NCBI GenBank assembly: GCA_963668175.1
Contig: OY764159.1
Location: 416,001-480,000, forward strand
Length of the DNA: 64,000 nt
Source of the DNA: Syntrophales bacterium
Lineage (GTDB): Bacteria; Desulfobacterota; Syntrophia; Syntrophales; PHBD01
Reading direction: 5' to 3'
Of the stretch, positions 1-10,295 are shown in pieces; within the stretch, counting starts at the first letter, position 1, and each line of letters begins with the position of its first letter. The position numbers and the translations under genes were made by a program. Under the pieces are notes generated by a model. The model saw only the letters and a program-made list of their open reading frames with translations, was not told the origin of the DNA and searched no databases.

Positions 1-2224
1 TCTTCCGAACCGCCCTGTAGATACCGAGGCTTTTCGCATTGCCGTAGTCGCGGGTCGCATCCAGCGACAGCAGGTAGGCATTCTGCGACCCGGTACCGAC
101 CGTATCGGCCAGGCCGATCATCAAGACAGTCAGAAAAGCGGCGAGGACACTTCCCTGCCAGGAAAAGATGAATAGCCCGCCGACACACAAGATACCGCCG
201 GCAAACACCACAAGGTATGTCCGCCGGATTTTGGGAAGCATCCGGCTGAACAGCGGCTGCAGCAATACGAAGCAGACCGCATATATCATGAAGGCCCGGC
301 CGATGTTGGCCGTGGACAAGCCCTGGCCGCTGCCGAAGAGGGGAAAGTAATAATAGATAAATCCGATCCGGCAAAGCATGGCGGGAATGGCAATCATAAG
401 GAGAAAGACGGCCACTTCGCGGCCTCCCAGATAATGCTTGAGCGTCGCTTTCTCCGGACGGGATGTCTGCGTAACGCCATTCTGTGCCGACGACGTGCCG
501 CCGTCATCCTTGCCCAGATAGAACACAAAAAGGAAAGGAACGATCATGCCTGAACCGGCAATCAGAAAAGTCGTCGCGAATCCAATATGATCGGCAATCA
601 TGGCCCCCAAGGCCACACCGCAGGCGCTGCCGGCGAACATGCCGGCGAAAAACTGCGGAAATCTAGACACTTTAGGGGTATCCGGCAAACTGACTGCTAT
701 GTAGGATTCGATGGCCGTCAGGCAAATACCGAAACCGATGCCGACAACGGCCCGGGAGGCGATGAAGGAGAGCGGTCCCTGCGCCAGTCCGGAGAAGAGG
801 GAACCGACCAAAACGGTCAGCAGGGCGGCCAAAAGAGGAGAACGCCAGCCCCGGCGATCGATATAAAAGCCGGAGGCAAAGGCGGCGATGCCGACACAAA
901 ACACCTCCACGGAAACAGGCAGTCCCAGGACGAGTTTTTCCGGAAAATCCAAAAGGGGCTGATAAATCTTTTGCATCTGGATGGGAATGAAGGAAATCGT
1001 CATATGATAGAAGAAGTAGCAGAGAAAAATGGTCGGACGGGCAATATCGATGTCGAAGTGTCGCACTGCTTCGTGCGCCCATCGGGCGAATTTCTCCGAA
1101 CCGGCGACCGACCGGCTGAAAATAAGATAGAATCCCAAGAGTTCTATGGCAAAGAATATTGAGGTGATGAGCGCCGTCAGAAGGTCCAGGGCAACATCTC
1201 TTATCCGCGCGGCGATCCTCCCCTCTGCCAGGACGATATTCAGATATCCACCCCGCCCGTCACCGTCGCGGCTCAGAGGCGTCGAATAAACGGCATGTAG
1301 GCCGCTTCTGCCGGGACTGCTGTCGTAAAGGATCTTCCCCTTATCGTCGCTTATGAACAGGGTTTCGACTTCGGGAATCGATTTTACAACCCGGCCCATC
1401 CATGCATCCACGCGATACAACTCGTCGTAACGAACCCCTTTCTGCAATACGCCGCTGATTTCTCGTTTAACGATGTCTGCAACTGTGATGCTGTTCTCTT
1501 TGACGATATCGCGGTACGCCTGCTGAAAAAGGTTCAGATTGATCAACAGATATGCGGCTTGCGACACGATAATGAGGCCGAGCACTATGCCCAGGAGCCA
1601 TTTCATCTTCATGGGCCGCTCGCGCCGAATCCGTACGCGAATGAAGAGCAGCGTCAGAACGAACACGGCGCAGCACAGGACGACCAAAAAATATCGCAGG
1701 GACTGTCGGGCAAAACCTTCGACCTTCCTGTCGACGACAAAACTGCTGAAGGTCAGATTCATGAAACCCACCGTATGGCCATCCCGGTCGTGCATGGGCA
1801 AGAAGAGATGGTAATGGTTTCCGGTACGCACCAAATGGTTTTTTTGAAAAGCGATTTCGGAAAAAAGATCGGACCCGAGCCGCTCGTCGGCGACCCTGCC
1901 CTGCAGATTGTACAGGACTTTCCCTTCAATATTCACGATCCTCACATCGGCCAGGGACGGCGCATTTTTAATGACCTTATCCATGATTTCGGACATGCCG
2001 TAAAATTGGTTCAAGCGCTTCCCGTACTTCAAGGCATATTCGATTTCTATTCCCGGTTCGCTGCCGGCGGCGGTATAACCGGTCACCAGGGTATTGACGT
2101 AAGCTTTCTTGAGGGCGGCCGAACTCAGCCAGGCATTGAAGATCAACGCTGACACCAGGAGTACGAGGCAGACAAGAAGGGTGAGTATCTGTATCTTCTG
2201 GGCGGCAAAAGGACGCTGGGTCAT
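1..2224 (-). CDS. MFS transporter with a large N-terminal extension (two membrane-bounded periplasmic domains); 3' end runs off the window
   Basis: Not in the ORF track because there is no stop codon inside the window. Manual translation from ATG 2224 (ATGA overlap with the upstream gene) gives MTQRPFAAQKIQILTLLVCLVLLVSAL..., then MFS-like motifs SGFYIDRRGWR, RAVVGIGFG and GAMIADHIG. Confidence 0.8.
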   Translation of the reverse strand, partial: MTQRPFAAQKIQILTLLVCLVLLVSALIFNAWLSSAALKKAYVNTLVTGYTAAGSEPGIEIEYALKYGKRLNQFYGMSEIMDKVIKNAPSLADVRIVNIEGKVLYNLQGRVADERLGSDLFSEIAFQKNHLVRTGNHYHLFLPMHDRDGHTVGFMNLTFSSFVVDRKVEGFARQSLRYFLVVLCCAVFVLTLLFIRVRIRRERPMKMKWLLGIVLGLIIVSQAAYLLINLNLFQQAYRDIVKENSITVADIVKREISGVLQKGVRYDELYRVDAWMGRVVKSIPEVETLFISDDKGKILYDSSPGRSGLHAVYSTPLSRDGDGRGGYLNIVLAEGRIAARIRDVALDLLTALITSIFFAIELLGFYLIFSRSVAGSEKFARWAHEAVRHFDIDIARPTIFLCYFFYHMTISFIPIQMQKIYQPLLDFPEKLVLGLPVSVEVFCVGIAAFASGFYIDRRGWRSPLLAALLTVLVGSLFSGLAQGPLSFIASRAVVGIGFGICLTAIESYIAVSLPDTPKVSRFPQFFAGMFAGSACGVALGAMIADHIGFATTFLIAGSGMIVPFLFVFYLGKDDGGTSSAQNGVTQTSRPEKATLKHYLGGREVAVFLLMIAIPAMLCRIGFIYYYFPLFGSGQGLSTANIGRAFMIYAVCFVLLQPLFSRMLPKIRRTYLVVFAGGILCVGGLFIFSWQGSVLAAFLTVLMIGLADTVGTGSQNAYLLSLDATRDYGNAKSLGIYRAVRK

Positions 2225-3450
2225 CGCGCCTCACCTTTTGCACTGTAAATATCGTCGGCAACCAACAGGATATCGAACGGCGGGCGGTATCCTATTTTTC
2301 TTCCTACATCCATATTCAGCATTATCCTCGGCGGGTGCTCGTAAATGCAGGGAATACGGCGCGGTTTATCGCCGTGAAAGACCTTCGCGACAGACTCGGC
2401 TGCGAAGCGTCCGAAACCTTTCAGATCGGTCCCGTCGGATACGCTCATCAGGGCACCGTATTTAACCTCAATTCCCATCTGGGTAAAGATCGGGATGTTG
2501 CGCTCATAGAAAGGTTTCAATAAATAGGGCAGCCGTTCGTATTTACGGGCGGCATATATCGTCATATAGAAGGCGTCGATCTGACCGGCTAGTTCGGTAT
2601 AGAGCCTGAGCAATTCTTTTTCGAATATTGCCTGGTTGTCTCTATTTTCCGCCATGTTGCGGGCAATAATTTCAAAATTCCGTTCCTTCGCAACTTCGCG
2701 GACCTGTTCGAGCCCGGCAAAAGAGCGTCCCAGAATCGTATCTTCGTAAACCATACCGAGTTTCTTGAAACGGAAAATATCGTGAAAGACTTCGATATGT
2801 CTACGCTGCCGGGTGGGATAGAGATGCGCCCATACGTGGTCCCGGCCCGAATCGTCGACGGATTTTATGACCCCGGCGGCAATGGGGTCGGTGGTGGAAA
2901 AGATCATGATGGGAGTGCGATGTCGATCGTTGGCCAGGCTCTGGGCGGCTTTGGTGCCCATCGTGATGATCATATCGATATCTTTGCGTTTATTGGCGCG
3001 TTCGATGATCTGGTCGGCTTTCTTCTGGCACTCCTTGGCATTGCTCCCGTCCGTATAGTAATAGCCGTCGGCGAGGAATTCGATATAGGGACTGTTTTCT
3101 GGATGGGCCGCAAGCCATTTCCACATGGGTCCGGTATCCGTCTGGTCGGCTTTGGGCCAGGGAAAGGAGTAGTCCAGCCGTATCCAGCCGAGTTCCTGCA
3201 ACCCGTATACGATCGACTGGAAATTCCAGGGATGGTTAACCGATTTTCTCATCCCGCAGTATGCCATGCGCCATTTTTTCCCGTTGTGTAAAACAGGCAG
3301 CAGGGACTGGTCCTGGCTTGTTGCCCAAACCCATCCCGGACATAAAGTGAGTAAAAAAGCCGTCAGAATAACGGCTGCACATTGTCTGATGAAGGTGACG
3401 TTCATCATCCGCATTAAAACGATGAACTGAATGGCGACATGTTTCCTCAT
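2221..3450 (-). CDS. ABC-type substrate-binding protein (ABC_sub_bind-like, periplasmic)
   Basis: N-terminal signal-like stretch; motifs MGTKAAQ, FSTTDPIAAGVI and VKYGALMS typical of this family. True start may be one of the downstream Met codons. Confidence 0.75.
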   Translation of the reverse strand: MRKHVAIQFIVLMRMMNVTFIRQCAAVILTAFLLTLCPGWVWATSQDQSLLPVLHNGKKWRMAYCGMRKSVNHPWNFQSIVYGLQELGWIRLDYSFPWPKADQTDTGPMWKWLAAHPENSPYIEFLADGYYYTDGSNAKECQKKADQIIERANKRKDIDMIITMGTKAAQSLANDRHRTPIMIFSTTDPIAAGVIKSVDDSGRDHVWAHLYPTRQRRHIEVFHDIFRFKKLGMVYEDTILGRSFAGLEQVREVAKERNFEIIARNMAENRDNQAIFEKELLRLYTELAGQIDAFYMTIYAARKYERLPYLLKPFYERNIPIFTQMGIEVKYGALMSVSDGTDLKGFGRFAAESVAKVFHGDKPRRIPCIYEHPPRIMLNMDVGRKIGYRPPFDILLVADDIYSAKGEAR

Positions 3451-4859
3451 GGTCGGATACCGGAACCGTGATATTTCAGTACCAGCATCGTTATATCATC
3501 GGCCTGGTAAGCGCCGTCAGCAAAGATATCGACCTCGGACTTTACGGCGCTCATGACATTTTCAGCCTTTTCGCCCGCAGAGCGGGCAAGCACGCCCTCG
3601 AGTCTGGCTTCTCCAAAGAGTTCGTTGCTGCGGTTCATGGCTTCCGTGACACCGTCCGTATAGAGGACCACCGTCTCGCCGGGTCGAATCGTCAAGGAAT
3701 CCGATATATAAGGTGCATCTTCCATTATGCCCAACGCCAAGCCGTTCCCTCCCGAGATGGGTTCCAGAACGCCCCCGCTCCGGCAAAGATAGGGGAGATT
3801 GTGTCCTGCGTTTGTATACCGCAACTCGCCGCTGCGGATGTTCAGAATACCGAGAAAGAGCGTAACAAACATGGATGCTTCGTTTTCCTGAGCCAATTCT
3901 TTGTTGACGCGTTCCAGAATGCGCTCCGGGCTCAGCTCGGAACCGGCATGGGTTCTGAGCAGCATCCTGGTGCTGGCCATGAACATGGCCGCGGGTGCAC
4001 CCTTTCCGGCGACGTCACCAATGACGATATAGAATTGATCCGGACCGACGAAGAAGAAGTCATAGAGATCGCCGCCTACTTCCCGCGCCGGTTGCAGCAT
4101 CGCCCAGACATCGAATTCCTTGATGTCCGGAAACGGCGGGAAGGTCCTGGGAATCAGGGAAAGCTGGATATCCCGTGCGAGATTCAACTCCCCCTCCATC
4201 CGCTCCTTCTCGGCCTGGTTTCGCTGTTCTTCGACCAGCTTGTTGATTAGAAAAATGAAAAGGCCGACGGCTATACCATGACCGATGACGGTGGGCAGCG
4301 CCACCGATTTCTGGATGGCAAGGGCCTTTTCGAAATCCGGAGACGTGGCAAGAGAAATGCCGCGAGCGGCTATTTCATAAATAACGGTAAAAATGACAGC
4401 TTCCGGCGTTCGCGGCGCCCTGCCCCGTTGATACATGTAATAAAGGCCCGCCAGAAGTCCGGGCAAGAAGGTGATGATCGTCGAAGGAATGACCTGTTGC
4501 CCGCCGATGCAGTACCGATAAATGCCCATGACGATTCCGGTCCCGATGCCGACGACCGGTCCGGCCACCAATCCCCCTACAATCTGCCCCGTATGGGTTA
4601 AAGCCAGGAGACCTCCGGCGACCGGGACGCGGTTCATGATGCCGTATATCGAGAAGGAGGAGAAGATGGCGATGAGAAGCAGATTGATCGAGAATCGCCT
4701 TTTCGTGTTCAGTATATGCGTATAAAAAGGAGAGTATACAAGGATAAAGGCCACAACGGCGGTGACGCAGGCGACGTTTAAGACATTGATGAGCAACTCA
4801 TCCACGGTAATCCACTCCTCGAAGTCATTGCTTGCAGGCCTTGCCAATGCCTGGGACAT
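3447..4859 (-). CDS. LytS/YhcK-type 5TM sensor fused to a SpoIIE/RsbU PP2C phosphatase
   Basis: Hydrophobic N-terminus with GLVAGPVVG; C-terminal VGGDLYD, IGDVAGKG, YTDGVTEA and DDIT motifs. Confidence 0.88.
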   Translation of the reverse strand: MSQALARPASNDFEEWITVDELLINVLNVACVTAVVAFILVYSPFYTHILNTKRRFSINLLLIAIFSSFSIYGIMNRVPVAGGLLALTHTGQIVGGLVAGPVVGIGTGIVMGIYRYCIGGQQVIPSTIITFLPGLLAGLYYMYQRGRAPRTPEAVIFTVIYEIAARGISLATSPDFEKALAIQKSVALPTVIGHGIAVGLFIFLINKLVEEQRNQAEKERMEGELNLARDIQLSLIPRTFPPFPDIKEFDVWAMLQPAREVGGDLYDFFFVGPDQFYIVIGDVAGKGAPAAMFMASTRMLLRTHAGSELSPERILERVNKELAQENEASMFVTLFLGILNIRSGELRYTNAGHNLPYLCRSGGVLEPISGGNGLALGIMEDAPYISDSLTIRPGETVVLYTDGVTEAMNRSNELFGEARLEGVLARSAGEKAENVMSAVKSEVDIFADGAYQADDITMLVLKYHGSGIRP

Positions 4860-5163
4860 AGCAAATGCATGATGTTATGTCCATATAAACCATGCTGATT
4901 GATGAACTTTTCGCTGAACGAATCATATCGTCGTCGCACCAGTCGCAGGCGCTTTCGCCGCTTCGAACGAGTCAAATTCCCAAATGACAAAAGACGCATG
5001 TACTCCGGCGAATGACGGATATTATCTTTAAGACTTCAAAAAGACAAATATTCCTTTCTTTCCAGGCTGTACATTCTGGTGAATATAATGTGATTATGCT
5101 AGATATTACGATGATGGAAAGTTAGCGTCACAATATCTGTATGTATGACCATGAGGCATCATC

Positions 5164-7758
5164 ATGAAAGAAGACGCCCTGACCACTGTTCAATGTGGGT
5201 CTGAAACGAATAAGCTGAATGAGGAGATCGCCCGGCTAAAAAGATCGGAAGCCGATCTCAGGCAATCCGTAACGGCTTTAAAAAGAAGCGAGCAATACTT
5301 TCGGGCGATTACGCAGAATGCCTCCGATATCATCATCATTGTCGACAGAAAAGCCGCTATCACCTACGTCAATCCTTCCATAGAACGCCAACTCGGCTAC
5401 AAGCCGGACGAACTGATCGGACGGAGCGGATTCGATTTCATCTCGCTGGCTGATATCCCCAGGGCCATCTACGATTTTGGACGAGCCATTCTGACAAGGG
5501 AGACGGTTATACCCAATGCCTTTGCGGTCAAACACCGGGACGGATCGGAACGCATTTTGGAGGGCGTGGGGACCAATCTGCTTCGCGATCCCGTGGTTAA
5601 GGGATTTGTTATGAACGTCCGGGATGTAACGGAAAGAAAGAAGGCAGAGGACGAACTGCGCTTATACCGTAAACACCTGGAAGCGGTCGTCGAAGAGAGG
5701 ACGTCCGAACTGGCCCAAACCAATTCGCAGTTGGTTGCTGAACTGGGCGAGCGGCGCAGCATGGCAGAGGCCTTAAAGGAAAGCCAAGAAAAATACAGGA
5801 ATTTGCTGGAGGATGCACCTATCGGCTTCTGTATCGTTGATCCGTTGGGTTACATTCAATACGTTAATCGGCGATTGGAGGAAGAGACTGGCTGGCTGAG
5901 GGGGGAACTGATCGGCAGGAGCTGTTTTTCCCTCGGACTCTTTGACGAAGCAACCGGGCGCAGACTTTTGGAACGCCTGACAGCCCGTCTGAAGGGCGAT
6001 GCCCACCAGAACACGGAGATACCCGTTGTTTCCAGAAAAGGGAAAAAGTTATGGGTCGAAGTGAAAGGTACGATGCTGAGAAAAGACGGCATGATCTCCG
6101 GCATTCAGCTTGCCTTCACCGATGTTACGGAACAGCGATTGGCCGCCGAAGCTCTAAGACGGAGCGAAGAGAAATACCGCAACATCTTCGTGAACGCCGT
6201 CGAAGGCATCTATCAATGCAATCCTGAAGGACTTTTCATAACCGTCAATCCCGCCATGGCCAGAATCTGCGGGTATGACAGTCCGAAGGAAATGATCGAA
6301 GGCATACAAGATATCTCAACGCAGTTCTGCATAAAACCTGAAGATTGGAAAGGGTTTAAACGGACCATTGAGAAAAATGGACGTGCCGAGAACTCCGAAT
6401 ACCAGATCCGGAAGAAAGATGGGGGTGCCTTATGGGTATCCGTCAACGGCCGTTGCATCCGGGATGATGCGGGCGGTATCCTCTATTATGAAGGAAGCAT
6501 AGACGACATCAGCAAACGCAAAGAAGCGGAAGCGGCACTCAGGACGGCGGAGGAAAACTATCGGAATATTTTTGAGAACGCGTCGGAAGGCATCTATCAG
6601 AGCACACCGGAAGGCCGATACATTGAAGCTAATCCCGCTTTCGCCCGGATGCTCGGTTACGATTCACCGGCGGATCTCAAAACGTCGATCACGGATATTG
6701 CCAAACAGGTTTACGAAAATCCGCAAAAACGCGAAGAGAGTATGCTCGTGTTCACGGATAGGGACACGGCGAATTTCGAAATCAGAATACGGAGAAGAGA
6801 CGGCTATTTTGCCTGGATTCTCAACAGCGTCCGAGCCATTCGAGACGACAGGGGAGTCATAAGTCGGTTCGAGGGCGTGGTACAGGATATTACCGGGCGA
6901 AAAAAAATCGAAGCCGCACTTCGGGAAAGCGAGAAGAAATACAGAGACCTTGCAGAAATGCTCCCTCAGACCGTCATTGAGACAGACGAAACGCTACTGG
7001 TCACTTTTGCCAACAATTTTGCAATGACTGCCACCGGCTATACCGAGGAGGATATCAAACAAGGGATTAATTTATTTGATATTATCCGTGAGAAGGATCA
7101 GTCGAAGATCATGGAAAGCATAGACGAGTCCCCCGATTATGAGGGACATCCGTTCGGTGCTGAATGCACAGCCCTGAGAAAGGATGGCAGCACTTTTCCG
7201 ATGATCGCTTATACGAGCCCGATCACCCGGGACGGGAGATTTGCGGGACTGCGGGGTATTTTCATCGACATCACGGAACGGAAACGAATCGAAACGGCAT
7301 TACGGAAACGGGAACGGGAGTTCAAGAACCAATCCGGACGGCTTACGGAAATGAATATGGCGCTAAAAGTCTTGCTCAAGAATCAGGATGCGGAGAAGAA
7401 GGAGCATGAAGAGAAGATATTGACCAACGTCAGGGAATTGGTCGTGCCTTACATAGATAAATTGAAGAATTCGCGTTTAAACGCTCAACAGTCGACCTAT
7501 ATCGATATTGTGGAAGCCAACCTCAACACCATCATATCCTCTTTTTTACGCAACCTCACATCGAGATATTTGAATTTAACGCGTCGGGAAATCGAGTTGG
7601 CCTATCTGATCAAAGAGGGAAAAACAACCAAAGAGATATCGGAATTATTAAACTTATCGTCAAGAACGATCGACAGCCACAGAAATCGAATCAGGAAAAA
7701 ACTGGGATTATCCAATAGAAAGATCAACCTTAAGTCCTACCTACTATCTCTCATTTAA
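5164..7758 (+). CDS. Multi-PAS (about 5 PAS/PAC) LuxR-family transcriptional regulator
   Basis: Repeated PAS/PAC signatures (..DVTERK, ..DITGRK, ..DITERK); C-terminal LTRREIE...GKTTKEISELLNLSSRTIDSHRNRIRKKLG HTH. Confidence 0.9.
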   Translation: MKEDALTTVQCGSETNKLNEEIARLKRSEADLRQSVTALKRSEQYFRAITQNASDIIIIVDRKAAITYVNPSIERQLGYKPDELIGRSGFDFISLADIPRAIYDFGRAILTRETVIPNAFAVKHRDGSERILEGVGTNLLRDPVVKGFVMNVRDVTERKKAEDELRLYRKHLEAVVEERTSELAQTNSQLVAELGERRSMAEALKESQEKYRNLLEDAPIGFCIVDPLGYIQYVNRRLEEETGWLRGELIGRSCFSLGLFDEATGRRLLERLTARLKGDAHQNTEIPVVSRKGKKLWVEVKGTMLRKDGMISGIQLAFTDVTEQRLAAEALRRSEEKYRNIFVNAVEGIYQCNPEGLFITVNPAMARICGYDSPKEMIEGIQDISTQFCIKPEDWKGFKRTIEKNGRAENSEYQIRKKDGGALWVSVNGRCIRDDAGGILYYEGSIDDISKRKEAEAALRTAEENYRNIFENASEGIYQSTPEGRYIEANPAFARMLGYDSPADLKTSITDIAKQVYENPQKREESMLVFTDRDTANFEIRIRRRDGYFAWILNSVRAIRDDRGVISRFEGVVQDITGRKKIEAALRESEKKYRDLAEMLPQTVIETDETLLVTFANNFAMTATGYTEEDIKQGINLFDIIREKDQSKIMESIDESPDYEGHPFGAECTALRKDGSTFPMIAYTSPITRDGRFAGLRGIFIDITERKRIETALRKREREFKNQSGRLTEMNMALKVLLKNQDAEKKEHEEKILTNVRELVVPYIDKLKNSRLNAQQSTYIDIVEANLNTIISSFLRNLTSRYLNLTRREIELAYLIKEGKTTKEISELLNLSSRTIDSHRNRIRKKLGLSNRKINLKSYLLSLI

Positions 7759-7759
7759 C

Positions 7760-7828
7760 ACCTAATTATTCTAGGTATTAAAGAAGCATTTTATCAGTAT
7801 TGAAATAGGCGCCCGCCACGTGTAAAGA
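7760..7828 (+). promoter_or_regulatory. Palindrome ACCTA-N7-TAGGT followed by a candidate sigma70 promoter TTGAAA-N17-TAAAGA
   Basis: Inverted repeat at 7760-7776; -35 at 7800-7805 and -10 at 7823-7828, upstream of the HD-GYP gene. Confidence 0.45.
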
Positions 7829-7905
7829 ATAATCGCCTATATGACAATGTATTAACAAGACACTGCGGACGTTTTTTTCATCGAATTTAAGGAAGATCCG
7901 ATTAT

Positions 7906-7934
7906 CAGTCTCATGTAGGGGGGGCATGAGACTG
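7906..7934. other. Perfect 10-bp hairpin with a G-rich loop
   Basis: CAGTCTCATG / CATGAGACTG stem around a TA-poly(G) loop; no U-tract follows. Confidence 0.6.
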
Positions 7935-8081
7935 TAAGAATCGCCGTTCGGCCCTCCTCATGAAATCAATATTTCCTCCTTAATATTATTGTGGAAATCA
8001 TTACGCCTCGTCGTTTTAATCATATCTCTATATCTCACGCCTGAAATTTCGGGCCGTGGATTTTATTGTGTGTAATACACG

Positions 8082-10295
8082 ATGAAAGAAGATTTTGACA
8101 TGGTTTGTCTGAAAAATTCGATGGCTGCGGGGAAGCAGGATTCCTTTTTGGAGAATCTGTTTGAATCTCTGCACGACGCCGTTTTATTCGTCGAGGAAGA
8201 TCGGATATTTACCTGTAATTCCAAAGCACTGGACATGTGGGGTTGTGCTACCAAGGAAGAACTTCTCGGAAATTCGCTCAGTCAATTGTCGCCGACACTG
8301 CAGCCCGATGGGCAAAATTCCAAAGTGAAGATTCTGAAAAAGAGCGATAGCCTCACCATCGGGCAGACGATAAAATTCGAATGGCAGTTTCTTCGTCGTG
8401 ATTGTTCACGATGGGATGCCGAAGTGCATCTTCGCGCCTTTCAATTTGACGATCGTTGCCTCACGCAGGCCGTTGTGCATGATTTAACCGACCAAAGGGC
8501 ATTGGCCTGGGAACGGCGGGAAGGTCGTCAAAGACTGTACGGCATCATTCAGAGCCTCCCCACACCGGCCTTCGTCATCGACAAGGATCATATCACCGTC
8601 TTCTGGAACAAAGCCCTGGAGCAGTTAAGCGGTATACGTGCCTTTGACGTCCTGGGTACATCCAATCACTGGCGAGCCTTTCATGACATTGAGGGTCCCT
8701 GCCTGGCGGATATGCTGGTCGATGAGGCTTACGACCGCATTTCCGAAAGGTATGGCGGCAAGTGTACTCCGTCAGAGTATATCAAGGGAGCTTATGAAGT
8801 TACGGATCTCTCTCCGCAGATAAACGGGAAAAGCAGATGGCTCCACCATACCTGTTCCATTCTTCGGGACACAGAAGGACGAACGATAGGAGCAATCGAG
8901 GTACTCGAAGACCGCACCGAGTGGCGAAAAACGGAAGCATCCCTTCAAAAGACGGAAGAAAGATACCGCGATTTATTCAATAATGTCCGGGACGGCATCT
9001 ATCGCATCACGCCGGACGGGCACGATGCGGAAGCCAATGACGCCTTTGCCCGGATGCTGGGCCTTGAATCCCTGGAAGAAGCGAAAGAGGCCCTGACAAA
9101 CATCATCCCCAAGGACTGCTATGATCCGGAATACCGTTGGGATGTTTACGGTATGCACGATGAACCTGGTACGGAAGATTTTGAAGTGGAAATCCGGAGA
9201 AAGGATGGAGGTCTTTCATCGATACTCAATCGTATCAGGATTATCCGGGATGAAAAAGGCCGTTTTATCCGTTGCGAAGGCGTGGCCCGGGATGTCACGG
9301 AACAGAGAAGCTTGGAAAAGGCCCTCGGTAAAGCGGAACGGGAAAAAGCGACGCTTGTCGATGCTTTGTCCGAGCTTGTCGTTCTGCTGGATAAGAATAT
9401 GAGAATCGTGTGGTCCAATCGCGCCTTGTTCCGTCATTTCCGGTTAAAGCCGGGCGAAGTCCGCGGAACGCGATGTTATGAATCGATTCATCAATTAAAG
9501 AGGCCGTGTAAAATCTGTCCGGCCGTAAAGGCCATGGAGTCGGGCCGCCCTCAGATTGTGGAGAATGTCAACGCCGGAGGTAAAAGGTGGATATTGAAAG
9601 CTTATCCGCTTAGGGATGAACGGGGAAACCTGGATGGCGTGATTGAGATCGCCACGGATATCACGCAACAGAAACAGACCAGGGAAGAACTGACCCATAC
9701 CACGGAACTCTTGAGGCATACGCTTGAAGGGACAATCCAAGCCATGTCCGTAGCCGTGGAAACAAGGGACCCCTATACGGCGGGCCATCAAAAGAGAGTG
9801 GCCGATCTTGCGTATGCCATCGCTCTGGAAATGGGATTGTCTCACAAACAAATCAACGGAATACGCATGGCGGCTGCGATTCATGATATCGGGAAGATAT
9901 GCGTTCCCGCCGAAATATTGACCAGGCCGACAAGTCTGTCCGCAATCGAATTCGACCTGGTAAAAGTTCATTCCCGGGCCGGCTACGAAATTCTCAAAGA
10001 TATTGAATTCCCCTGGCCCATCGCGAGAATGATCCTCGAGCATCACGAAAAAATCGACGGTTCCGGTTACCCGAATGGCCTTTCCGGTGATAACATCCTC
10101 ATCGAATCCCGCGTGCTGGCCGTGGCCGATGTCGTGGAAGCCATCAATTCCCATCGACCCTATCGGCCGGCCCTGGGCGTCGAATCGGCACTGGCTGAGA
10201 TTCATCAAAACATGGGTACATATTACGATCCAGACGTGGTCAAGGCCTGCCTGAAGCTCTTCCGGGAAAAGAGTTACATACTGAAGACTTTTTAG
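8082..10295 (+). CDS. Multi-PAS HD-GYP cyclic-dinucleotide phosphodiesterase
   Basis: Four PAS-like repeats; intact RDPYTAGHQ, HDIGK and HHEKIDGSGYP motifs. Confidence 0.92.
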   Translation: MKEDFDMVCLKNSMAAGKQDSFLENLFESLHDAVLFVEEDRIFTCNSKALDMWGCATKEELLGNSLSQLSPTLQPDGQNSKVKILKKSDSLTIGQTIKFEWQFLRRDCSRWDAEVHLRAFQFDDRCLTQAVVHDLTDQRALAWERREGRQRLYGIIQSLPTPAFVIDKDHITVFWNKALEQLSGIRAFDVLGTSNHWRAFHDIEGPCLADMLVDEAYDRISERYGGKCTPSEYIKGAYEVTDLSPQINGKSRWLHHTCSILRDTEGRTIGAIEVLEDRTEWRKTEASLQKTEERYRDLFNNVRDGIYRITPDGHDAEANDAFARMLGLESLEEAKEALTNIIPKDCYDPEYRWDVYGMHDEPGTEDFEVEIRRKDGGLSSILNRIRIIRDEKGRFIRCEGVARDVTEQRSLEKALGKAEREKATLVDALSELVVLLDKNMRIVWSNRALFRHFRLKPGEVRGTRCYESIHQLKRPCKICPAVKAMESGRPQIVENVNAGGKRWILKAYPLRDERGNLDGVIEIATDITQQKQTREELTHTTELLRHTLEGTIQAMSVAVETRDPYTAGHQKRVADLAYAIALEMGLSHKQINGIRMAAAIHDIGKICVPAEILTRPTSLSAIEFDLVKVHSRAGYEILKDIEFPWPIARMILEHHEKIDGSGYPNGLSGDNILIESRVLAVADVVEAINSHRPYRPALGVESALAEIHQNMGTYYDPDVVKACLKLFREKSYILKTF

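Noticed and set aside
4860..5163. Possible c-di-GMP riboswitch near the signalling genes (GCGAAAGC on the minus strand)
   Set aside because: The two-hairpin GEMM architecture and its conserved flanking motifs are not present.
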